From Alphaproteobacteria bacterium (GTDB lineage Bacteria; Pseudomonadota; Alphaproteobacteria; UBA828): DNA of 64,000 nucleotides. A model generated the notes under the pieces. The model worked only from the letters and a program-made list of their open reading frames with translations, was not told where the DNA came from and ran no database searches. The position numbers and the translations under genes are program-made. Location: contig CAXXMU010000006.1 of the NCBI GenBank assembly GCA_963667785.2, positions 32,001-96,000 on the forward strand, in the 5' to 3' direction. This document shows positions 56,850-64,000 of this stretch, one piece after another. Each line of letters starts with the position of its first letter. The stretch's first letter is position 1.

Positions 56850-57974
56850 CTAGCCGCCGCTCTGCCCCGGCGGGGGGTGGAAGACGCCGCCCGTGAGGGG
56901 ACGGAGAACGCCGGTGGTGCGCGGCAGGCCGAGCGGAAGCCCGCGCCGGCTGCGCACGGCGAGGTAGCCGAAGGCCTGCGCCTCCAGCGCATCGCCCTGC
57001 CAGCCGACGCTCTCGACCGGGTCTGCATCTGCGCCGAGACGCGCGCCGAGCGCCGCCATCAGCGCCGGGTTGTGCCGCCCGCCGCCGGTGACCAGCCAGC
57101 GCAGCGGCGGCGCCGGCATGTGGGCGAGCGAGAGCCGCACGGCCTCGGCAGTAAAGGCGACCAGTGTCGCGGCGCCGTCTTCCGCCGCGAGCCCGGCGAC
57201 CGGCGCCGGGTCGAAGCTGCCGCGATCCAGCGACTTGGGCGGGGCCGCGCCGAAATGGGGATGCGCCAGCAGGGCATCGAGGGCGGCGCGGTCGACCCGG
57301 CCTGCGCGCGCGAGCCGGCCGTCGCGGTCGAGCGCTTCGCCGGTCCTCGCCAGCACCCAGTCGTCGAGCAGGGCGCAGCCCGGGCCGGTGTCGAAGGCCA
57401 GCAGGTCCGCGTCGGCCGGACCGCCGATCCAGGTGACGTTGGCGACGCCGCCGAGATTGAGCACCGCGAGCGGCGCAGCCAGCCCGCTCCGCCGGGCGAG
57501 CGCCGCGTGGAAGAGGGGTGCCAACGGCGCCCCCTGCCCGCCCGCGGCCACGTCGGCGCTGCGGAAATCGTTCACCACGCCGAGCCCGAGGCGGCGGGCC
57601 AGCGCCGCGCCGTCGCCGATCTGGTCGGTGCGCCCGGCGGCGGGCTCGTGGCTTACTGTGTGGCCGGGGAAGCCCACCAGCTCGACCGCCCGCCCCGCCC
57701 GGCGGGCGTCCGCCAGCAGGGCCTCGGCGCAATCGCCGTGGAAGGCGGTGAGCGCGCGCTCGGCGCCTTCCCGCCCGGCGCGCCCGCCTTCGCCCTCCAC
57801 CACCGCTCGCAGCCTTGCGCGCAGGGCGGGCGGATAGGGCGCGGTGCGCCACGGGCCGGTCGCGGCGACGCTCACACCGTCGGTCTCGATCAGCGCCGCG
57901 TCGACGCCATCGAGCGAGGTGCCGCTCATCAGGCCGAGCGCCCGGACCGGACCGGCCGCGTCCGTTCCGCTCAC
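56850..57974 (-). CDS. anmK: Anhydro-N-acetylmuramic acid kinase
   Basis: GLMSGTSLDGVD, GGQGAPL, NLGGVAN, FDTGPG, EAQAFGYLA. Confidence 0.95.
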   Translation of the reverse strand: MSGTDAAGPVRALGLMSGTSLDGVDAALIETDGVSVAATGPWRTAPYPPALRARLRAVVEGEGGRAGREGAERALTAFHGDCAEALLADARRAGRAVELVGFPGHTVSHEPAAGRTDQIGDGAALARRLGLGVVNDFRSADVAAGGQGAPLAPLFHAALARRSGLAAPLAVLNLGGVANVTWIGGPADADLLAFDTGPGCALLDDWVLARTGEALDRDGRLARAGRVDRAALDALLAHPHFGAAPPKSLDRGSFDPAPVAGLAAEDGAATLVAFTAEAVRLSLAHMPAPPLRWLVTGGGRHNPALMAALGARLGADADPVESVGWQGDALEAQAFGYLAVRSRRGLPLGLPRTTGVLRPLTGGVFHPPPGQSGG

Positions 57975-58027
57975 CGGAGGGCCGCCCGCAAGGGTGTCGC
58001 GTTGTCCACGGCCGGCCCCTGTGATAC

Positions 58028-59344
58028 ATGACCGCGCGCCCGGGCACCCGGCGTCCGCGCCACCGGGCGGAGCGACAGCCAGCGAGTGGAGCGACGGTGT
58101 TCTCCTCCGATTTCATGCGCGTGCTGTCGGAGCGCGGCTACATCCACCAGTGCACCGACGAGAAGGCGCTGGACGCGCTGGCCGCGAAGGGACGCCTCAG
58201 CGCCTATATCGGCTTCGACTGCACCGCCGACAGCCTGCATGTCGGCAGCCTGGTGCAGATCATGATGCTGCGTTGGCTCCAGACCACCGGCCACCGGCCG
58301 ATCGTGCTCTTGGGCGGCGGCACCACCAAGATCGGCGACCCGAGCGGGCGCGACGAATCGCGGGCGCTGCTCGGGGACGACGCCATCGCCGCCAACAAGG
58401 CGGGCATCCGCCGCTCCTTCGACCGCTTCCTCGCCTTCGGCGACGGCGCCACCGACGCGCTGCTGGTCGACAACGCGGACTGGCTCGACGCGCTCGGCTA
58501 CATCCCGCTGCTGCGCGACGTGGGCGCCCACTTCTCGATCAACCGGATGCTCACCTTCGACAGCGTGCGGCTCAGGCTCGACCGCGAGCAGCCGCTCACC
58601 TTCCTCGAGTTCAACTACATGATCCTCCAGGCCTACGACTTCCTGGAGCTTTCGCGGCGCGAGGACTGCCGCCTGCAGATGGGCGGCTCCGACCAGTGGG
58701 GCAACATCGTCAACGGGGTGGAGCTCGCCCGCCGCATCGACGGACGCGCGCTCTTCGGGCTGACCACGCCGCTCATCACGCTCGCCTCCGGCGCCAAGAT
58801 GGGGAAGACCGCCCAGGGCGCCGTCTGGCTCAACGCCGACCGCCTGTCGGCCTACGACTACTGGCAATACTGGCGCAACACCGCGGACGCGGACGTCGGC
58901 CGCTTCATGCGCCTCTTCACCGAGCTTCCCCTCGACGAGATCGCGCGCCACGAGGCGCTCGAAGGCGCCGAGCTGAACGAATCGAAGAAGCTGCTGGCGA
59001 GCGAGGCGACGCGGCTCTGCCACGGCGAGGACGCGGCCGCGGCGGCGGCCGAGACCGCGCGGCGCACCTTCGAGGAAGGCACGGCGGGCGCTGAGCTGCC
59101 CGTCATCGACGCAGCGCTGAGCGATCTCGAGGCCGGCATCCCCGCAGTCGCTCTCTTCCAGGCGGCGGGGCTCTGCGCCTCGGGCGGGGCGGCGCGGCGG
59201 CTCATCCGCGGCGGCGGCGCGCGCATCAACGGCGAGGTGATCGAGGAGGAGACCCGCGCGGTGGGGCCCGGCGACATCGGCGACGACGGCCGGATCAAGC
59301 TCTCGGCAGGCAAGAAGCGCCACGCCCTCGTCCGCCCGGCCTAG
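58028..59344 (+). CDS. tyrS: Tyrosine--tRNA ligase
   Basis: [29 protein letters not shown]4-like C-terminus; start may be GTG 58097. Confidence 0.96.
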   Translation: MTARPGTRRPRHRAERQPASGATVFSSDFMRVLSERGYIHQCTDEKALDALAAKGRLSAYIGFDCTADSLHVGSLVQIMMLRWLQTTGHRPIVLLGGGTTKIGDPSGRDESRALLGDDAIAANKAGIRRSFDRFLAFGDGATDALLVDNADWLDALGYIPLLRDVGAHFSINRMLTFDSVRLRLDREQPLTFLEFNYMILQAYDFLELSRREDCRLQMGGSDQWGNIVNGVELARRIDGRALFGLTTPLITLASGAKMGKTAQGAVWLNADRLSAYDYWQYWRNTADADVGRFMRLFTELPLDEIARHEALEGAELNESKKLLASEATRLCHGEDAAAAAAETARRTFEEGTAGAELPVIDAALSDLEAGIPAVALFQAAGLCASGGAARRLIRGGGARINGEVIEEETRAVGPGDIGDDGRIKLSAGKKRHALVRPA

Positions 59345-59377
59345 CCCACGCCGTCCCCTGCGCCGGGCCGCCCGCTC

Positions 59378-59746
59378 CTACGCGTCGGGCTGCCAGGGCT
59401 CGTAGTCCCCGGTGGCGCGGTCGCGCCGGCCGCGGCCGAGGATGTGACCCGGCGGCCGGTACGCGGCGGCGGTGCCGGTGAGGTTGGGCTTGTGCGGCTT
59501 CTCCCAGGGCTGCGCCCGGAGCGGCGCCTCGGTCGGCGGCTCGTCGGTGCTGTGGTGGAGCCAGCGGTGCCACTCCGGCGGCACGCGCGAGGCCTCCACC
59601 TCGCCCTCGTAGACCACCCAGCGGCGCTCGCGCTCGCCGGGGCCGGGCCGCCCCCAGCGCTCGCGGTAGTAGCGGTTGCCCGCCTCGTCCTCGCCCACCA
59701 GCGCGCCGCAGAGCAGGGTGAAGAGCCGTGTGCCGATGGTCGCCAT
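59378..59746 (-). CDS. NADH:ubiquinone oxidoreductase NDUFA12-like subunit
   Basis: [39 protein letters not shown]. Confidence 0.9.
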   Translation of the reverse strand: MATIGTRLFTLLCGALVGEDEAGNRYYRERWGRPGPGERERRWVVYEGEVEASRVPPEWHRWLHHSTDEPPTEAPLRAQPWEKPHKPNLTGTAAAYRPPGHILGRGRRDRATGDYEPWQPDA

Positions 59747-59859
59747 GGTGTCCCGCCCGCGCTGCCGCTCTCGCCTCGCTCCAGCGTCGCCGCTTATGCC
59801 ACGCCGGCCCGCCGCCCGTCCAGAGAGCGCGCCGGGCGACCGGAGCGCAGCAGCCCGGC

Positions 59860-59874
59860 TTAACGGTTCTTTAC
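59860..59874. promoter_or_regulatory. Near-consensus CpxR/OmpR-type direct repeat
   Basis: TTAAC-N5-TTTAC, 70 bp upstream of methyltransferase ATG. Confidence 0.45.
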
Positions 59875-59943
59875 CTGTGCGACAATGACGCGAAACCGTG
59901 CGGCCGCATCGTGCACCGGGCGCCGCCATTGCGAGGACGGACC

Positions 59944-60402
59944 ATGCGCATCATCCCCCCGATACTGCTCTCGGCGGCGGCCGGCGTAATGGTCGGGGCG
60001 GACGAAGTTCTGCCCCTGATCCGGCTGGACGCGCCCGGCGTCCTCTGGGGCGGCGCGGCGCTCGTCGTCCTCGGCTGCTCCGTCGCGGGGCCGGCGATGC
60101 TGCGCTTCCGCCGCGCCCGGACCAACTTCCACACCTTCAAGGAGCCCGGCACGCTCGTCACCGGCGGGATCTACGCCATCAGCCGGAACCCGATGTACGT
60201 GGGCATGGTCCTGGCGGGCCTCGGCGCCGCGCTGATCACCGCGACGCTGGCGGGAGTGATCCTCGCCGGGGCTTACGCGCTGGTCGTCCGCTACTGGTAC
60301 ATCGCCTACGAGGAGAAGGCGCTGCGCCTCAAGTTCGGATCGGCCTACGACGCCTATTGCCGAAGGGTCGGGCGCTGGCTCGGACGGCGATGGTCCGCAT
60401 GA
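59944..60402 (+). CDS. Isoprenylcysteine carboxyl methyltransferase (PEMT-like) membrane protein
   Basis: [27 protein letters not shown]...V.RW. Confidence 0.85.
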   Translation: MRIIPPILLSAAAGVMVGADEVLPLIRLDAPGVLWGGAALVVLGCSVAGPAMLRFRRARTNFHTFKEPGTLVTGGIYAISRNPMYVGMVLAGLGAALITATLAGVILAGAYALVVRYWYIAYEEKALRLKFGSAYDAYCRRVGRWLGRRWSA

Positions 60403-60420
60403 ACGGCCCGCCGGCCCGGC

Positions 60421-60435
60421 TTTACAAATCTTTAC
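60421..60435. promoter_or_regulatory. CpxR-type box
   Basis: TTTAC-N5-TTTAC (reverse of GTAAA-N5-GTAAA), 80 bp upstream of Spy/CpxP-like gene. Confidence 0.6.
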
Positions 60436-60514
60436 CCGGCCGACAAGCGCGGGAAACCGCCCCGCCCCATCTTGAGTCGTGTCCAACCCACCCTTGCCAT
60501 CGAAAGGTGACGAC

Positions 60515-61021
60515 ATGACCGACGACAACAACACCGACAACACCTCCGGGCGGCGCCCCCGCCGCAGGCCGCGCACCCGCTGGATCCTCATGAGCATCGC
60601 CGGCGCGCTGGTCCTGGTGGTCGCCGGCACCGCGATCAGCACCGGCGGCTACTCCAAGCGCTACTGGGGCGAGGAGCGCTTCGACCGCTTCGTCGAATGG
60701 AAGATCGACGGCATGCTCGACGAGGTCGACGCCACGGACGACCAGCGCGAGCGCGTGCAGGCCATCGTGACCGCCACGCTCGCCGACCTCGAGGGCGCCC
60801 GCGACCTGAAGCGCGAGATGCGGCAGGACCTGGTCGCGGCGTTCACCGCCGAGACCATCGACCGGGGCGAGCTGGAGGCGCTGCGCCTGCGCAAGCTGGA
60901 GACGGTCGACAGCATGAGCCAGCGCGTGCTCACGGGGCTCGCCGATGCGGCCGAGGTGCTGACCCCCGCGCAGAGGGCCGAGCTCGCGGAGGAATGGACC
61001 GCGCGCGACTGGCACGACTGA
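60515..61021 (+). CDS. Spy/CpxP-family periplasmic protein
   Basis: N-terminal TM, ATDDQ and VLTPAQR (LTxxQ) motifs, helical. Confidence 0.8.
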   Translation: MTDDNNTDNTSGRRPRRRPRTRWILMSIAGALVLVVAGTAISTGGYSKRYWGEERFDRFVEWKIDGMLDEVDATDDQRERVQAIVTATLADLEGARDLKREMRQDLVAAFTAETIDRGELEALRLRKLETVDSMSQRVLTGLADAAEVLTPAQRAELAEEWTARDWHD

Positions 61022-61153
61022 GCGTGACAGTAGCCCGCGCGCCACGGGCCGCGGCCGGGCGGGGGTGCGCTGCGCCCCCGCTCCCGGCCCGTGCCTGTTT
61101 GGGCTGCGCCGGGTATCCCGTATAAGCCGCGCACGAGCTGACCGGAGGACCGC

Positions 61154-63436
61154 ATGCCGTTCCGCCTCTCCACCGTCGCCGCCGGGGTCGCCACCGGCAC
61201 GGCGGCGCTCCTGCTCTCGGCCTGCGCCCTGCTCGCGCCGCTGCCGGAGCAGAAGAGCGTCACCGAGCGCCTGGAGGCCTTCCCCACGAGGGACCTGCCG
61301 CTCGACGGGCCGGTGACGATCCATTGGAGCGAGCGGCAGATCCCCTTCATCGAGGCGGCGAGCGACGGCGACGCGGCGTTCGCGCTCGGACTCGTGCACG
61401 CCCACCTGCGGCTGGGGCAGATGGCGACCATGCGCATGATCGCGCGGGGGCGCGTGTCGGAGATGGTCGGCCCCCTCGGCGTCGATATCGACCACGGCCT
61501 GCGCACCCTGGCGTTCGGCCGCGCCGCGGCGGAGATCGAGCGCCGCCTGGACGAGCCCACGCGGCTCTGGGTCCGGCGCTTCGTGGACGGCATCAACCAC
61601 TACCAGGAGACCGCCGCCGCGCTGCCGCACGACTTCGACGTCCTCGGCCTGGAGCCCGAGCCCTGGACGGTCGCCGACGTGTTCGCCATGGGGCGGCTGG
61701 CCGGCACGGACGTGAACTGGCTGGTCTGGATGGACCTGCTCCCGCTGCGGGCTCGCGCCGGCTGGGACGAGCTCTGGGCGCGGCTGGTGGAGGGCGGCGC
61801 GGTCTCGGTCGCCGGTTCCGCCGGCACAGGCGACACCGCGCGGGCGCAGCGTTGGCTCGGCGGGCTGTCGAAATCCGGCAGCAACAGCGTCGCCGTGGCG
61901 GCCGGTCGCACCGATACGGGCGGCGCGCTCATGGCCAACGACCCGCACCTCGGCATTCTCGTGCCCAACGTCTGGCTGATCGCCGGTATCAAGTCGCCCT
62001 CCTATCACGCGGTGGGGCTGATGGCGCCGGGGCTGCCGATCTTCGCCATCGGCCGCAACCCGCACGTCGCCTGGGGCGGCACCAACATGCGCGCGGCCTC
62101 GAGCGACCTCTTCGACGTGAGCGACGTGCCGGCCGCGGAGATCGTCGAGCGGCGGGAGGAGATCGGCGTCCGCTGGTGGTTCGACAGCGACGTGACCGTG
62201 CGCGAGACGCGATGGGGGCCGATCGTCACCGACGTGCCGCTGCTTGCCGAGATGGGCCTGCCGCCGCTCGCGCTTAAGTGGACCGGCCACGACGCCAGCG
62301 ACGAGATCGGCGCCATGCTCGCGGTGAGCCGGGCGCAGAGCTTCGCGGAGTTCCGCGCGGCCTTCGACGACTTCGCCGTGCCGGGCCAGAACATGCTCTA
62401 TGCGGACAGCGACGGGAACATCGGCCGGGTCATGGCGGTGCGGCTCCCCGGCCGGGGCGGCCCGCCCGCCGACATCGCCGTCGAGACGGACCTCCACGAC
62501 GCCGCGTGGTCCGCCATGCGGGGCGCCGCGGACCTGCCCTACAGCTACAACCCGGAGGCGGGCTACCTGGTCTCCGCCAACGACCGGCCGCCGGCGACGG
62601 ACGTGCCGGTGGGCTTCTTCTTCTCGCGCGACGACCGGGTGGACCGCATGCACGCCCTCGTCGCGGCCGACGACGCCGTCGGCGTCGAGACCCTGAAGAC
62701 GCTGCAGCAGGACGTCCACATGGCGTCATCGGTGGCGCTGCGCGACCTACTCGTCTCCCGGCTCGATGCGCTCGGATTGGCCGAGGATGCCGATGCCGAC
62801 GCCAGGACGGCGATCGACCGGCTGCGCGCGTGGGACGGCGAATACCGGGCCGATTCGACCGGCGCGGTCACGTTCGAGCAGTTCCGCCACGCCTTCACCA
62901 CGCGCTTCTACGTCCTGCTCCACGGAGAGGACGACGGGGAGACCTTCGCCTCCATCGGCCGGCGCACGGCGCTGCTCGGCGAGGAGATCGCCGCGGCGGA
63001 CGAGGAGACGCTGCGCGCGGCCCTTGCCGCCGGGCTGGAGGCGGCCGCGGACGGCCTCGAGTCGTTCGCAAACTGGGGCGAGATGCACCGCCTCAGCCTC
63101 GCCCATCCCCTCGCCAACGTCCCGCTCCTCGGCGGGCGCTACGAGTTCGCCGAGGCCGGCGTCGGCGGCAGCTCGGAGACGCTGATGAAGACGGCGCACG
63201 ATGCCGCCGCCGGGCGCCATAGCGTGAACTACGGCTCCAACGCGCGCCACATCTCCGACATGACCGACCCGGACGAGAACTATTTCGTGCTGCTGGGCGG
63301 GCAGGACGGCTGGTTCAACAGCACGACCATCCTGGACCAGTGGGAGCTCTGGCAGCGCGGCGAGTACGTGCGCGTGCCGCTCACGCTTGCCGAGGTTCGC
63401 GCGCGCTTTCCCCACACGCTGTCCCTCGGGAATTGA
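61154..63436 (+). CDS. Penicillin acylase family Ntn-hydrolase lipoprotein
   Basis: LSA|C lipobox; GSNS nucleophile site, ANDPHL, QNMLYAD.DGNIG, SAND, WGEMH. Confidence 0.9.
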   Translation: MPFRLSTVAAGVATGTAALLLSACALLAPLPEQKSVTERLEAFPTRDLPLDGPVTIHWSERQIPFIEAASDGDAAFALGLVHAHLRLGQMATMRMIARGRVSEMVGPLGVDIDHGLRTLAFGRAAAEIERRLDEPTRLWVRRFVDGINHYQETAAALPHDFDVLGLEPEPWTVADVFAMGRLAGTDVNWLVWMDLLPLRARAGWDELWARLVEGGAVSVAGSAGTGDTARAQRWLGGLSKSGSNSVAVAAGRTDTGGALMANDPHLGILVPNVWLIAGIKSPSYHAVGLMAPGLPIFAIGRNPHVAWGGTNMRAASSDLFDVSDVPAAEIVERREEIGVRWWFDSDVTVRETRWGPIVTDVPLLAEMGLPPLALKWTGHDASDEIGAMLAVSRAQSFAEFRAAFDDFAVPGQNMLYADSDGNIGRVMAVRLPGRGGPPADIAVETDLHDAAWSAMRGAADLPYSYNPEAGYLVSANDRPPATDVPVGFFFSRDDRVDRMHALVAADDAVGVETLKTLQQDVHMASSVALRDLLVSRLDALGLAEDADADARTAIDRLRAWDGEYRADSTGAVTFEQFRHAFTTRFYVLLHGEDDGETFASIGRRTALLGEEIAAADEETLRAALAAGLEAAADGLESFANWGEMHRLSLAHPLANVPLLGGRYEFAEAGVGGSSETLMKTAHDAAAGRHSVNYGSNARHISDMTDPDENYFVLLGGQDGWFNSTTILDQWELWQRGEYVRVPLTLAEVRARFPHTLSLGN

Positions 63437-63507
63437 CCGGGGACGCCGGAGGCACCTGCTCTTGGAGTTCCGTCCCGGTACTGTGCATGAACGACTCCTT
63501 CCTCCAC

Positions 63508-63596
63508 CGTCATGCCCGGACTTGTTCCGGGCATCCACGTTTTTGCTCGTACTGCACGAACACTCGTGGATGGCCGGGACAAGCACGGCCATGACG
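63508..63596. repeat. REP-like palindrome, family 2 copy 3
   Basis: Same arms as 23422-23507. Confidence 0.9.
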
Positions 63597-63619
63597 AGGT
63601 AGGGGCGCCGCACTAGACC

Positions 63620-64000
63620 ATGTACGACGCGACCTGGCTCCTGCGCCTCTACGCCCGCCGCCGCCTCCGGCAGCTCGCGGCGCTGGACCCGGAGCGGGCG
63701 CAGCGCCGCGTGCTCTCCTCCCTCATCCGCCGCGCGCGGCGCACGCGGTTCGGGCGGGACCACGGGTTCTCCGCCGCGTGGTCCCTCGACGACTACCGCG
63801 CGCGCGTCCCCTTGCGCGATTACGACGGGTTCTGGGAGGCCTACTGGCGCGCGCCCTTCCCCCGGCTCGCCGACTGCACCTGGCCCGGCCTCGTCCCCTG
63901 GTTCGCCGTCTCGTCGGGAACGGCGACCGGCACCACGAAGTACATTCCCGTGAGCCGGGAGATGCACCGCGCCAACGTGCGGGCGGGCGCAGACCTGGTG
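63620..64000 (+). CDS. GH3 family acyl-acid amido synthetase-like protein (3' truncated)
   Basis: MYDATWLL...TRFGRDHGF...VPLRDY...FAVSSGTATGTTKYIP. Confidence 0.8.
   Translation, partial: MYDATWLLRLYARRRLRQLAALDPERAQRRVLSSLIRRARRTRFGRDHGFSAAWSLDDYRARVPLRDYDGFWEAYWRAPFPRLADCTWPGLVPWFAVSSGTATGTTKYIPVSREMHRANVRAGADLV

Noticed and set aside
59378-59746. NDUFA12 as a eukaryote-derived gene
   Set aside because: Standard alphaproteobacterial complex I accessory subunit

Overview
GC-rich alphaproteobacterial (Rhodospirillales-like) chromosomal window, mostly housekeeping: pdhCBA, ftsB, eno, hydantoinase/oxoprolinase pair, glmU-glmS, rpmE, xerD, aroK-aroB, accA, ccmCBA, acnA, two peroxiredoxins, rnd, mnmA, tenA, cysE-iscR-iscS-fdx, anmK, tyrS. 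No rRNA, tRNA, CRISPR array, transposase or prophage was seen. Accessory material comprises a lower-GC lipoprotein (four 78-aa repeats, HEXXH protease domain, TbpB-like barrel), a frameshifted nucleotide-sugar dehydrogenase, and three families of intergenic palindromic repeats. The most unusual item is two dispersed, diverged copies of a roughly 740-bp cassette (23536-24274 and 51179-51921). Each carries a 53-bp leader (49/53 identical) with a 16-bp dyad centred 43.5 bp before the ATG, a solo phage Mu gp27 (DUF3486, putative small terminase)-like gene, and a 3' array of GTGCC repeats spaced about 10 bp apart, with no other phage genes nearby. All family assignments come from motif recognition by eye, not from database searches.
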